Shown: in pieces, positions 1-13,345 of the stretch | Position numbering within the stretch: position 1 is the stretch's first letter | Layout of the letters: every line of letters begins with the position of its first letter | Assembly: GCA_000708835.1 (NCBI GenBank) | Contig: DF237438.1 | Location: forward strand, 4,836-68,835 | Direction: 5' to 3' | Source: Klebsormidium nitens | Taxonomy: Eukaryota; Plantae; Klebsormidiophyceae | DNA: 64,000 nt | The notes under the pieces: generated by a model | Told to the model about the DNA's origin: nothing | Seen by the model: only the letters and a program-made list of their open reading frames with translations | Databases searched by the model: none | Translations under genes and position numbers: made by a program

Positions 1-1565
1 CAGATACGTCCGTATGCTTGAACTATTGACGTTGATGTGTTGCCTTGTCATCTGATTGCTGGTGTGCTCAAAAGCGTCGCAAAGCGCAGGCAGCTACTAG
101 GCTAGGCTCGTGGCCGGATCATTGGTCATACCAGTTTACACTCAGATTAATAGCTAGAGGACTTTGCTACTACCGACTTCAAATTGGTCATGTGCAGTTT
201 GAAACTTTAGTAAGCCACTTGAATTTGTGAATGATTATATAGCCAGACTATCTATGCACCACCATCCAGTCGGACCTTCACTTGAGGCCGAGAGAATTTG
301 GCGGTGGAGTAGACCGGTGAAATGATCGATGGCATTTATGCAAATCAATTATCGAGTAACAAATTTTGCGGTGAAGACCGTCTAGACCACGCCGCCTAGC
401 TTATTGAGCCCGTTAAGCCTGCAATAACAATACTGCAAGCTGCACAATTACTCGACTTATAAGTGACTTGACTCGAGTGCGATCCGACATGGTCAGTGAG
501 CATACTAATGCAGGTGATACCTATATGTGTCCGAACTCGAGCTTATCGCCTGCGCGGGCCGGCTCGATTTTGGCCGGGTACGCTCATGCATGCTGTTTAT
601 ATCATTCCTGGCCCTCAATTCGCCAGGACTCTTTCATCGGACACCGTTTGCGTAGGACAGAAATGCAGATCGAGTCTCGTATACGTACTATTAAACTTCC
701 ATCGGAGTGACGATTTCGACAGAGATTTTGTGCATGCATTTTTAAGGTTTTGGCCGTACGTCATGGCTTCCACTGCAGCTTGCGACAATGGCGGACTTCT
801 ACCTATCTCCTCCTTCTTCCTGCAGCAGAGCTGCACTAATTGACACGTATGCAAGGCCAGGCTTGTCGAATTCTAGATCGATTCAAGTTGTCTCGGGTAT
901 GCTCCGACTATAGCCGGAGCAGGCAAAGGATTGTCCGGTCCCATGGCGTCTTGCGGAAACCTTTAGAAATTGCATGAGCGGCAAAAAGCGCTATGAAAGC
1001 TATAACTAAAGGCCGCGGCTCCTAGCAAGATCCGGGCCAGGATATATTACGGGCTGGCATGTCATGAGACGCCGCGCTGCAAGTGTTTATACTTCGATGA
1101 TCGGATCAAGATTGTGCACCTTTCGTGTCGTCGTAATCAGCATGACTCATGGTCCTGTAATCAAATTGACTAAGTTATTTGAGGCTTTGATTCATAAGAG
1201 CATCTTAACGACGACACGGCCTGCACGTCATTGAATGAATTTATGATGGTATCCGAGAGCAACGTGTGCTGCCGCTAGCTGACCGCGCACTTCATGGTAC
1301 ATCTGCATAAACGGTGCAACAAACTTGACTCGAAACTCAGAAGTCAACAAGTCAAAAAGTGAAAACAACCTGGCAATCTTTCAAGTTGGACATTCAAATT
1401 TGGGAGGCATTTGCATCTAGTAAGGATGGGTCCAACTTGACAATCTCTTTCCAAAACGCCATACAGTAGCCACATAGGCCATATGCTTCCATGGCATACA
1501 CGTAGCTCGATTTTTGATCGGTCTAGGTGGATCCGACTTGATACAAATTGGTTTTGGTGAGAGTG

Positions 1566-3037
1566 CTATGTTGTCAATGCTTGAGCCTCAGCTTCTTCCA
1601 TAGAATCACCCCTGCCGTTAGTAGGCTCTTCCTCTTCAACATCGCGTCCCGGTACTTGAACTTTCTGCAGCATTTGAATTCTAGGATTAGATGCCTCGAA
1701 TGGGTGATGATTCAAAAGATGCGTCAACCCTCTCGACGAAAGCCAGTTTCAAGACAGCGGGGTTTCTAAAACCGATCCGCATGACTGTAAATCAACAAAA
1801 CGGTGATAACTTTTCGAATCCGATGGGAATGAAGAACCTTCACTTGGTGCGCGATTCTTCAGCAGTCGAATCGTAAGGCACCAAGAGCGCTTTTTCCTAG
1901 GCAAGCCGGTGCTCCAATCGTCACTGGGGGTGTCACAAGTGGTGCAGTGCCTCACCGCCTGTGCCTGCCCCCTGCGCACGTCCTCCTCATGCTCCTTCTT
2001 GAGCCGCTCCAACTCCTCCTCCTGCTGCTGCCGCTCAAACCATGTGTCCGCCTCAGCCCAGACTGCAAACAAAAGGCCTCTGGCCTGACTGATCCGGGGT
2101 GTTGACACTAATATGCACCATAGGAGCAAGAAGAAGAAGACGGAAGTGGTAGATTGGATACTGGGAACGAAACCAAGAGAAGTAACTCTCCATCATAGCC
2201 ACAAATGATCCCAAGAGCAACGATCAGGCCAGGGTGCTGAATCCGACATAAAACAAGTTTGGGGTTATGGAGACCGTTGTTGTACCCGGTTGATTTGCCC
2301 AGCCCTGCTCTCCTCCCTTGATCTTGATGGGCTGCGCCACATTGACTGTGAGCACGCGTCCGTACAGCTCTGCGTTGTTCATGTTGTCCAGGGCTGCCGC
2401 AGCATCTTCCCTGCAAAACCAAGCTGGGGTTGACTTGGTTTCCGTACAGCCAATTTACATCCGTCATTTGCTCGCATGCCAGCTTGCTGAATGTACTCAC
2501 ACTGCCGACTTTTCATCATCTCTGGGTATGGCATTACACTGCATCAACTCTGCGAATCGCTCGCTATCCAAGGAGGGCGCCACCCACGCTTCCATGTATG
2601 TGATGAAGCCAAAGCCGCGGTGCTTCTGCGTGGCCTGGTCCAGGGGCGTGTTGATGTCCTTGATGTCCCCGAACGGAATGAACGCCGCGTGCAGGATGCC
2701 CTCCGTAACCGCCTCGTCCAGCCCGCCTGCACCTCAGGCAGGCACCGTCAGCACAGGGACGCAGCTGCCGTAGGCAGGCCCGACTGGCGCCGCGAAACAT
2801 ACCACGACCATCTAGCTACGCCACCGTGTAGGACTTCAGAGGTCACCACTACAATGGAGAGACATGGCCTTCACTTGACGGATCTCAGCGCGACTACCCT
2901 CACCCTTGGGCACTTGCTACACTAGCATGTCATCAATCAGAAAGTTATGCAAATGCAAATTGCACCAGCAATCATTGCAACTAAGCAAACTCACCAATAT
3001 AAAGCGTTGTTTTTGGATTGGCTACCGGAATCGCCAT
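1566..3037 (-). CDS. RRM-domain protein (cyclophilin E/PPIE-type N-terminal RRM without a PPIase domain; plant RRM-only type)
   Basis: Exons read by hand: 3037-2995 ([15 protein letters not shown]), 2726-2588 ([46 protein letters not shown]), 2410-2286 ([41 protein letters not shown]), from 2062 ([24 protein letters not shown]...), 1664-1566 (KVQVPG...EAEAQALTT*). RNP2 (LYIGGL) and RNP1 (RGFGFITY) are present; GT-AG junctions are in phase. Confidence 0.9.
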
Positions 3038-3294
3038 CGCTCCGCTGTTCTTCACCCCATCAAAGCAGCATCTTGTGGCCCCACGTCGTGTCCTCCGCTT
3101 GTCCAACGCCTCTGTCAACGTCTGCTAATGACGACCATTCTTTGCGGCACCAGGGCGGGCAGCTCCCATGCAGGGCCTAGGCAACCGCCCTCGTTCTGCT
3201 CAAGTTTCAAAGGACTGCGCGCAACCTGCGACTCGCGAGAAGTCAGAGTAGCCTTCGGATCGGATCAACTGGGCACCGAGACTCCGAGAGGCTT

Positions 3295-4103
3295 GGCCGG
3301 GGCCTAGAACTTAGAGTACCGTCACTTTGAAGTGGCACCCGGTAAGGTATTTTAGCTAGAGGCACTTTGGCTGGAAGGACTCAAGCCCCCCCCCTCCTCC
3401 TGGCCTTGCCTTCATAGAAAAGGTCAAGGCCCCGGTACCAGTAGTCACCACCCGGGCAAACCTTCTCGACGATCGAAAGCACCCGTCGTATGCATAGATT
3501 CGCCCCTTTTTTACGTTGAAAAGTGTTTTTTTTGTTGCATTAATGGTCAAAATCATTGACCCGTGGGCTAAGGGCACCGTCATTTTGAAGTGGGAGCGGG
3601 GTAGGTATTCTACAGGCCCCTGTCCTAGAAGGCCTCAAGGCCCCCCCCTTCCGGCCTAGCCTAAGACAAAGGGCCCCAAGCCTCGGGCATTACAGTTGGT
3701 AAAACCGCGTCAAAAAAGGGGGTTTTGCCCCTAAACATACTAAAAATTTGGGCTGGGGCTGCGCCCCGGCCAGAGGGCTCAAGCCCCCCCCCCTCCTCCC
3801 ACCTTAGCTCAGCAGATCAAGCCCAGCCCCCCCCCCAATCAGAATACCTACCCCGCCCCCATTACAAAATGACGGTGCCCTAAAAGATGTAAAATCAGCG
3901 TATATAAAGGCATGTTCTTCAGCTAAAATCCGGCTAGGGCTTCGCCAGAAAGGCCTCAAGCCCCCCGCCCCTCCCCACCTTCGATTGGCTGAAACAGCCC
4001 AAACCCCCCCCCCTGACAGAATACCTAAGGGGGTGCCACTTCAAAGTGACGGTACCCTTACATACCGCGATAGATCTAAGGTCCCTAAACTTCAGGCCCG
4101 GCC
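3295..4103. mobile_element. Putative non-autonomous foldback/MITE-like element with nested inverted repeats
   Basis: Perfect 25-nt inverted pair 3316-3340 / 4031-4055; inner 41-nt inverted pair 3571-3611 / 3841-3881 (38/41 match); imperfect GGCCGGG(G)CCT ends; four CTCAAG-poly(C) modules; no coding signal. Confidence 0.55.
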
Positions 4104-4386
4104 ACCTGGGTTGCACTGAAGTCCCCGGTGGAAAACCCGGCTGGCTGTGGGGTAGACGAGGCAAAGACCGCCGACCGGGTTACAGTAGCCGTTACTGCGT
4201 CTGCTCGATCATCTCACATCTGCAGATCATGGTGGTCGTTGCGTGCGGTAGCCTCCCAACCTCGCACTTCATGATTCATCTCCTCCGACTCATCCAAATT
4301 GTTTCATGAGAACGCGCATTGCGTAAAGTTGGCGTCTCTTCCTGCTTCCTTCTGCAGGCTGGTGGCGTCATTCCTGATGCCTGGCC

Positions 4387-7300
4387 ATGCTGGGCGATGA
4401 CTTGTATGAGCTGGTGGCCGTATCGCAGCAGCGGCCCCGGCAGGCGGCCATTCACACTGCATTTGACCCCAGCGAGGAGCTGCTATGGACCGCCACCGAC
4501 CAGGTGAGCCCCGTCGCTGCGGCTGCAGGATCACTTTGTTCAGCTGGGGCTGCAGCAGCAGCAGAAGCTGCCGCCCAGGATGAAGCTCAGGCAGGGGCAA
4601 ACTCGGTTGTTCCATATGGCAGAGCGCTCGAACGCTGTTGTATCAATGCTTGGGCATTGCCCACTAGGCTCCAGATAGAGTTGGCCATTGTGTCTGTCTG
4701 CGTTTCCCCTCCTGCGCCTGGTGTCGCTGGCGTGAGCTGGGTTGCTGCTGGCCTGGTGCAGGGGTGCGTCCAGGCGTCGCTGTGCCCCGGGCTGGAGCGC
4801 TACACGGTGTGGAGCAGCTTCCCGGTGGGCCACCCCGTGGTGGGCCTGCTGCCCACTGCAGCGGGGGTGCTCTCCGCCAGCAGCGACACCCTGCGCATGC
4901 ACACGCGCGGGGGCGTGCCGCTGCTCAGGATGAGGTGAGGCGCCTGCCACCAGCAACATGGGCACCAGGGACCGGCAGTGGGCACAGGCAGGGACAAGCC
5001 CATGGGGCGCATTTCGAACCTCAAAGGGTCCTCAAATAGACCATCTGTCTTGGAGACTCCAGTCTGTCCTGTGAAAGCTGGCGCCCAATCCTTAGGCCCC
5101 CACACCGTGTATCCCCCCGTGTCCTGCAGAGACCCCGCGCTGGCGGGCACCACCTGCTGCGACTGGGAGCGCTCGGCCGCAGGGCATGTGGTCCTGGGCC
5201 TCTCCCCCCAGGCGGAGGGCACTCGCTCCACCGGCAGCCCCCCCATGGCACTGGTGGACCTTACAGCGCAGCGTGTTGTTGCCACTGCCCCTGGCGGGGG
5301 GGGCGTGACAGCGCTGCGGTCGGCAGGGCGCCTGCTGGCATGCGGCGGCAGGACCGGGGAGCTGGTCCTGCGGGACGCACGGACCTTGAGGGCGGAGCAG
5401 ACCATCGCAGCGTTTGCAGGTATGGAAGCTGCTAATGCAATGAAATCGAAGCTATGCACTATCATTCTTATCCTCACTACAGGGGTGTCAAGAGTTCCCC
5501 CCTCGCCTGATTGGTCACTCATGGGGCCTGCTCTATGGGGTGTTACCTCCCCTGCCTTGCTGTTGGCCTGGCCGCCTTGATGGATACCCCCTGGCACTGC
5601 TTGTGCGGCAGGCGCGGTGGCGTGCGTGGACCTGAAGGATGTCACTGTGGTGTGCTGCGGGCTGACTGCCCGGCGCGGCGCGGTGTACTGCGACCCGCTG
5701 GTCAAGGTGTTTGACATGCGCCAGGCGGGCCGGGCGCTGCAGCACCTGCCCTTCGCTCCCGGGCCCACTCGCCTGCGCTTCCACCCCAAGTTCTCCTCCA
5801 CGCTCCTGGTCATCGCCGCCTCGGGGGCGGTCATGCTCTCGGACGTGCAGGGCGGCGGCGGCAACTTCAAGAACTACCAGGTGGGCAGTCAGCACCTAAA
5901 AGACACGCGGCCAGCCAGAAGGCCTGCTTCGAGGGGGCTCCTCGAGTGCCGCTGACTCATTGCGACCAGCCTGGATGAATCTGACGGCACACGCGTGCTC
6001 CTGCTTCTACGCAGTTGGGCTGCAGTACTGAGGCTGGCCCCTTGTTGTTTGTGACAGGTCGACTGCGAGGGGGATGCCCTACTCTCCGCTGACATCAGCA
6101 GCTCGGGTGAATCCCTGGCGTTCGGGGACGGCGGGGGTTTCGTCCACCTGTGGTCCGCCCAAGCCGCGCCCCGCGTAAACCTGTTCTCGGGGCCCACGGA
6201 ACTACCCGAGCTGCACGCGCGCCCGCCTACAATCAGCCTGCGCGAGGGGGACTCGTTTGCGGCGTTGCCCCAGTTTCCAGCCGGGGACGAGCTGCCGCTG
6301 TCGGCGTACGACCCCACGGCCACGCTCAAAGTGGGCATGGCGCCGCGCATCGTGGACCCCTCCCTCCTTGACAAGCTCAACCAGGTACTGCCAGCGGCCC
6401 CTCCTGCGACTGGTCGGCAAGACGCGGCTGCTTCGAGCACTTTATACACGACAGTGGCAGTCAAGAGTGCCCTCTCCGTGCTTTGAAATCTGCAGCATTG
6501 TAGTCAGAGATCATCCTGGCGTCCAGCGATCCACACACACTTTTTCTGGCCCCTGCTGGGCCCCCTGTGTCGCACCTGCTTCCTCGCTGTCCTGTTTCAC
6601 CCTGATCTGTGTTGGCCCGCTCGTCTGCGCCCCAGGTGGACTTCGTGGGCTACGTGGTGAACCCGTTCTTCCGGCGCGGCGCTGCGCACGGCGAGGCTGC
6701 GGCTGCGCTGGCAGTGGTGCGCAACCGGCGGCAGGCGCGGCGCAGCGAGCGGCCGAGCAGCGCGGAGGGGGGGGTGGCAGCGCTGGCGGCGGCGGGGCGC
6801 GAGCGGGTGGGGCGGCGTGTGCCCAAGGGGTACCGCTACGTGGAGATCAAAGCGAGCGCGGCCAAGGTGAAGTTCGAGGAGTTCGACTTCAGCTACTACA
6901 ACAGGACGCGCTTCGCGGGGCTCGAGAACGACATGGCCAACTCCTACTGCAATGCGCTGCTCCAGGTGCGGCAGACCAACTCGGGAGTCGCCAATGGATG
7001 CAGCTGTTCGCACTGACAGCCACTTCGGCGTCCACCGCAGATCATCGATTGGCGTTTCATTCAGTACCTCACACTTTCAGACCAGATTATCAACCCAACT
7101 CGACCTTAGTTCCTCTTTATCTGGTTGTCCGAAATCTGGTCAAACAAGAACCGGGGCTGCGACATAAATCGAGGGAAGGAAACTCTTGGCAACCGTCCGC
7201 AGTGACCACTCTTGAGATAACTGGTAACAGGGACGGATGTTGACGAGCTCTCTGTATCTTGGTGCTCGCCTCGTTCGGCAAGAACCGGCTGAGAAACGTC

Positions 7301-10300
7301 TCGACGGCTGGTCAACCTCCGGTTCCTTCGCCCCCCCTCCCCCCGTTTCCCTTGGGCCCCCCTGTGATATGCCGCATGTGGGGCGCAGGTGCTGTACTTC
7401 ATTCCCGCGGTGAAGGTGGCCGTGAGCGGCCATGTGTGCCTGCGCGAGTTCTGCCTCACTTGCGAGCTGGCGTTCATCATGCACATGCTGGACCTCGCAC
7501 AGGGCGCCACGTGTCAGGCCTCCAACCTGCTGCGTGCACTGCGCCAGTTGCGAGAAGCAGTCGCTCTCGGCCTGGTCGAGGGGCCCGACGAAATTGGGGC
7601 CAAGCAGGTGCGCGATCCCACGAGCAGCGTGCGAGCAGACATGAAACCTTGCCGGTGACGGTATGGTGGTTGAGGTAGTCGAGCACAGACCAAGGCTGCC
7701 AAGGCAGACCGCGTGTAAATAGCGTTCCCACCGTTTTGACGTTCGAATCGTTGTACATTTTGCGAGCCTTCACGGCGTTCGTTCTTCGGAGGGATTTGCA
7801 ACCTCCTGGATTCGTCCTTCCAACCCCTCTCACTTCTTGTGTTTCCATGCTGCTCTGATAAAGTTTCAGACAGTGCGAGTGGGCATCTTGCGGGGTGGAA
7901 CGCCTGCATCAGAAGTAAGGCGTATGGCTGTGGCCCCGTCTCACGCTTTCCCTGGCCGTGGGTATGTCGCAGGAGCAGGACGTGTCGAAGCGCATCCAGA
8001 GCCTGTCCCGCTTCCTGCTGGAGCAGCTGCACAAGGAGGCCGGCCTCACCGCGCCCACCGCCACGCTGGCACCCCCCGACCAGCCCGCGCCAGGTACCTC
8101 GATCACCGACCAGATCTTCGGGGCGACCCTCCGCACCAGCGCCAAGGTACGGGCTCTCGTGTACAACGCTCCTTCTGTGGTATAGCCTGAACCTTGGGGC
8201 AGATTGTCATATAGACATTGTCATTTGCACTCCCCTCACAACCTAATTACCGAAGATCGGGGCGGATCTGTTTCGTAGGACAAGCAAGAAGTTTGTGGTG
8301 AGCAGCGTCGTAGTACTGTGGCTCAGCCACAGCTGGGACCCTGGGCCGCAGTCCGTCCAGGAACGGTGTGTAGGCGTGTGACGTGGCGGTTGTGGTGGGT
8401 GCACGCAGTGCCTGAAGGTGGAGCACGCGCTCACGGAGCGCGAGGTGCGCACGTTCCACGTGGAGCTGCAGTACCCGCAGCGCCCGCCCGCGCCGGGGGA
8501 GGCCTGGCCCCGCTTTGCGGCCATTCTGGAGCGCAGCCTGGCGCGCCAGGAGGACATCCGCGCCTGGTGCCCCGTCTGCAAGGCGTACCAGCCCCTGCAG
8601 CAGGTGACACGCCGCATGCAACACGCAGCATCGCCCCCGCCTTGTTAGCATCAACCCCGAGAAGGACTGTCCGCTCTGACGCTCAGGTGTCAAATCTCGG
8701 CCGTGGCCGCTTCCGTGTTGATGATCCCTTGCCCCAACTCAGTATGTGCCGTGTCCCCCCGACTCTGCCCGTCCATTCCGCTGTTGTCTCCCCTGAGCCG
8801 CCCCTTTATATCTTTGCAGCGCAAGTGGCCCGTGAGCCTGCCCTCGGTGCTGGTGCTCAACGCCGGCATCCGCACCGCGCACGAGCTAGCGTTTTGGCAC
8901 CCCGACTCGCCCGCCGGCCCCACAACGCCAAGCGTCGCAGCGGGTGGCCCCGCGCTGGGCCGCAGTGAGAGCGGGAAGGAGGTGGTGGCGGGGAGCCCGC
9001 AGTGGCTGCCCATGCAGATCGGCGTGCACGCGGACCAGGACGGCAGCTCTGTCACCGTCACGCAGGTCAGCACGGCAAGCTGCAAGGGAGTGATTTACGC
9101 CAGCACTCGTGAAAGGAGAGGTTGGGGACCGAGGTCAAGCGGGCTTCCAATGAGGCTTCGCGTCACCTTGAACCGCGAGCAGTCTTCTGGAACGGTCCGG
9201 TGTTTAGTCCTCGCACCTCAGCGATGCGCAGCAGTCCACTCTGGAGCGACTGACGCAGTGTGTAAGAAGACTACGTCCAGGATCGGTTCACGGTAGGCGC
9301 CCCGGCGTGTGTGCAGGACCTTGATGGGCCCCTGTCGAGCAGCGCGGCGGCGGTTGCGGCCATCCAGGCTGCCAAGGATGCGGACGCAGCAAGCGGCGGG
9401 GCGCCAGAGGCGACTCCTGGCGCGCGGTATGAGCTGACGGCGCTGATTGCCGTCATCCAGGAGGAGCTCGCGGCCGTGGCCGCTGACGTCAAGCAGCGCT
9501 CCCCGCAGCACCTCGTGGCGCACGTCAAGGCAAGCGCGCTTGAGCACTCGCCGCCAATTGGGCTCGTCGCAAGGACGCGTCTACACGAGCGTGGCGAAGG
9601 GGCTTTCCTCATTGCGGCCCACAGTCGCCCTGCCTCTGTGCTCACCCGGCCACGTGGCTGCTCGTGTGCAGATTCCGCCCATGCATGCCGACCGTGAGCT
9701 GCCCCTAGCCGCGTCGCCCTCCCTGAGCTTGCCCCACGGGCCCGCCTCTTTCCGCGCCATGGCCCGCTCCACCTCCCCGGGGGCAGCCGCTTTGCTCGCG
9801 GCGGTAGGGGGCAGCCCCCTTGCGCCAGGTAAGCCGCACAGCAAATGAAGATGCACAGAATTGACAGGGAGCCGGGTAAAGCGCAACAGGGGCAGCTGAG
9901 GGCCATGTGGGTTTGCGGGTGACGGGCCAACTGTCCAAGATTGAAGTGTCACAATGACCGTCAATGCTTCCAAGTGTCAGGAAGATAGCTTGCTCCTCTC
10001 GGCTTGTTTCCCAGCATTGGAGTGGCTCTCCCTGGTTCCCATCCGGTCCCCTCCGGCCTGCTCGTTTTCCAGTGCCTTAGTCTTACGCACCCCTATCCGG
10101 TTTACCCAGGCCGCGGCTTTGGTGTCGCGGGCGCCAGTCCTGGGCGGGGCGGCGCAGGCGAGGTGGCCACCCCGGGGTCCGTGGAGCGGCAGGGCAGCCA
10201 GGGCCGGGGGGGGCTGCCCTCCGACTGGGTCCTCTTCAACGACTTCTGCATCACGCCCACCACCGCGCAGGAAGTTGTGAGTGCGCTGCCCCGTCCCAGC

Positions 10301-12123
10301 ACCTCCTGTTGCCCCCCCGCCAGCGTGCTGTGCCTCCTTAGTGTGCCGGCCTGTTCTGCACGCCTATCGATTCAGCCGGCCGGTGGTGGCCCACCGTCAC
10401 ATCGCTCCGACATAAGTGGTGAAAGCGCCCCTTGCGGGGCTGGTGCGTGCAGGTGACATTGTACGGGCAACACAAGGTGCCGTGTCTCCTGTTCTACACC
10501 CGGGTCGACGCCCCGCCCCTGGTCCGCGCCCCCTCCAGTGCTGCGCCCGCCAGCCCGGGCACCCCGGTGACGCCCCCCCGCCCGCTGGCGCCCCTCGTCA
10601 GCGCCACGCATGCAAGCCCCATCGACGAGGCGCTGTTCACCACCCTCAACGACGAGACGCGCCAGAAGCAGTGGCGCTCCTTCGTGCCCTTCGATCTCCC
10701 CTCCGAGGCGCCCCGCGCAGTGAGCAGCCCAACGCCAGGCCTCACTGCCCACTCCCGTCTACCCCTGGGCAGCGGCAATGCGTCCTAGCTGCTGCTAGTC
10801 CAGGGATTCGTCATCGGGCTTCCTTCACTTGCCGGGCTGAGGACAGGACTTCGATCTACTCGGTCATTGCGACCCCACCAGTCTGCAGTCCCCTGCGCAA
10901 TTCTCTCTGTTTTTTGCTCTCCTTCGCCTCCGTATAGTTCGCCCCTCCCCCTCGTCCAGGGCCTGCTGCTGGGCATCGACGCCGAGTTCGTGGCGCTGGC
11001 CCCCGCGGAGACGGAGCTGCGCGAGGACGGCAGCGCAGCCGTGCTGCGGCCCGCGCGGCTGGGTCTGGCGCGCGTGAGCGTCGTGCGCGGGGAGGGCGAG
11101 CGCGCGGGCGGCGCGTGCATGGACGACTACATCCGTGCGGTGGAGCCGGTGTACGACTACCTGACACGCTACAGCGGGCTGCGGCCGGGGGACCTGGACC
11201 CGGGCGTGAGCGCGCACCACATCACGACGCTGAAGAAGGCGTACCTAAAGCTGCGCTACCTGGTGGACACGGGGTGCCGCTTCGTGGGGCACGGCCTGAA
11301 GAAGGACTTCCGCATGATCAACCTGGTGGTGCCGCCCGAGCAGATCGTGGACACGGTGGAGCTGTTCCACCTCAAGCGACAGCGCAAGATCTCGCTGCGC
11401 TTCCTCGCCTCCTACCTCCTCAAGGTCAGCCCGCCCAGCCCGGGGGAGCAGGCGCAGACCACCGCAGAACAACACGGCTCCCCCAGACACGCGTCGCTTG
11501 ATTTGATCACGACGCAGGTCCTGGCAGTTTCAGTATATGTACCACTTTGAAGACAGAGGCTGAAGCGTTTAGGTTGTATGCTGACCCCAATTGCTGCGTG
11601 TTGCCAGTCGTCCACGGGGTTGGCCGGTGCAGCCATCTTGCTGCACCATCAATAGAGTGTTCTCTGGCCAAGCAGGTCGCCGGTCCACTTGCTTTGGCTA
11701 AGCTGGTGTGGCTGGGTGGGTGTGCAGCTGGACATCCAGAAGGAGACGCACGACAGCATCGAGGACGCGCGCACCGCGCTGCGCCTGTACGCCATGTACA
11801 AGCAGCTGGTCGCGGCCGGGGAGTTCCAGGACAAGGTGAGAGCGCACGCACCGCATCGCCCACGGCTGCCCCCAGCAAGGAGGGGGTGCTTCGTTGCGTC
11901 CAGCTGTGGGCATGATGGGTGAGCCCGTTGCCTCGGAGATTGTTGCGGCCATGTCCTACGCAGGACTCCTCTACGCAAGCACGCGTTTTCTGAACAACGA
12001 CCTTCTTTCGACTTGCAGTTGCTAGAGATCTACAAATACGGGCGCAAATATGGATGGGAGGTTGGCGGGATTACAGCAGAACGGACGTTGGTTACCGAAG
12101 TTCGAACACAAAGTGTATACTAG
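4387..12123 (+). CDS. PAN2: PAN2-PAN3 deadenylase catalytic subunit PAN2 (WD40, pseudo-USP and DEDD exonuclease domains)
   Basis: WD40-like N-terminal exons (DTLRMHTRGGVPL; YCDPLVKVFDMR; LRFHPKFSS). Pseudo-UCH motifs [59 protein letters not shown] and WVLFNDF. Nuclease motifs GIDAEFV, FVGHGLKKDFRMIN and THDSIEDARTAL. Last exon 12019-12123 ends in TAG. Confidence 0.95.
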
Positions 12124-13345
12124 TGAGTACATATCTCGCTCGTGTCCATCCTGCGCGACATGCATGGTAGTCTGCACGCCACCGCGGACGCCGGAGACGC
12201 AGCTGGCACAGACAGGGTCACATGCAGCCGAGCCTGCATAACGGTCTACAGACCAATGATTTCACGTGCTTACAAGCACGTGAGATTACATGATGAGCTC
12301 AACGGTTGCACTAAGCAGATAGGTAGCCAGGGTAGGTCGGAGTCCTGAATTCCATGGTCAAATAAGGCGCATGGGGTAGTTGGATGCTTTCACGTGTTGG
12401 CGGCCCCGCCAACTTCATATGATGCATGGCTGACTTGCCGCGCAGCATGATTGCACCGATTCGGACCTCTTTTAGTGATTGCGCCAATGACTGCACTTAC
12501 AGCGCGCTCATGGCAGCTGCCTATGCAATCCTTGACTCAAGGACGTTGCAGGCCGCACAATTTGGTATAGACGGTTATACATGTTCAGCGTGCAATGCAG
12601 CCGCGCGCCGGATATGTTGCGGCGAACATACTTCCGCCAATATATTGCCAACTTCATGCAACCGGTGATCGGCCATATGCAATGAACGTTGCCCAAATCG
12701 CATCACGAAGTCGGCTTACATGAGTGAAATATCCGCGTCTGACCGCGTGGTCTGTGTTGCCCCAGACAGGCAGGCAGGGAATGGTCGATCTCATGTGCAC
12801 TGCGTGCAGTTGCTTCAATCATTTGCAGGAGGCGCGCGCGCTGCGGCCATACGTTCAAGTTGGGACAAGAGAATCATTCAGGACGAGACATGCGAAACTT
12901 TCAGCCTCAAGAAACTCATACACATCTCGGCGCATCGTTTATTGTAAGACATACATGCATCTTATATGCCGGCCAAGCTTGGTGCTGCTAGTGCTAAGCG
13001 AGCATGCGTATTTGAGTCGGATGCGCCATGATGCAGTAGTAGCGGGACAGGAGTAGTCGGTCCTGGGCGCGGCCATTCGGTTCTCGGTTGCGAGCAACTA
13101 GTCATAATGCGTTCCAGGACAGGAGGTCGCAGTTGCGCACAGCTCCGGACGCGTACTCCAATTGGATTTCAATACTGTACAAGGATCAATGTTTTGTGGT
13201 TGTCTTCCTATGTTTGAAGAACCGATCAAGCAAGACCTGCTATTAATTACGCCACCTATTCTACCTCGGTCACCTGGTGATCAAGCATCCAGAGGCAATC
13301 GCAAAGCCTCCTTCGCGGATCCTCTCTCTCGCGACTGCTGCCGCC

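Noticed and set aside
468-854. Short ORFs at the window start
   Set aside because: No motif, exon-like GC bias or clear splice structure.
3295-4103. CRISPR-like interpretation of the repeated modules
   Set aside because: Repeats occur in both orientations with irregular, related spacers, there are no cas genes, and the context is eukaryotic.
4800-5870. 356-aa minus-strand ORF, plus similar long ORFs at 6257-7243 (+), 9271-9930 (-) and 31650-32084 (+)
   Set aside because: Antisense or off-frame shadows of GC-rich exons of recognised genes; low-complexity with no motifs of their own.
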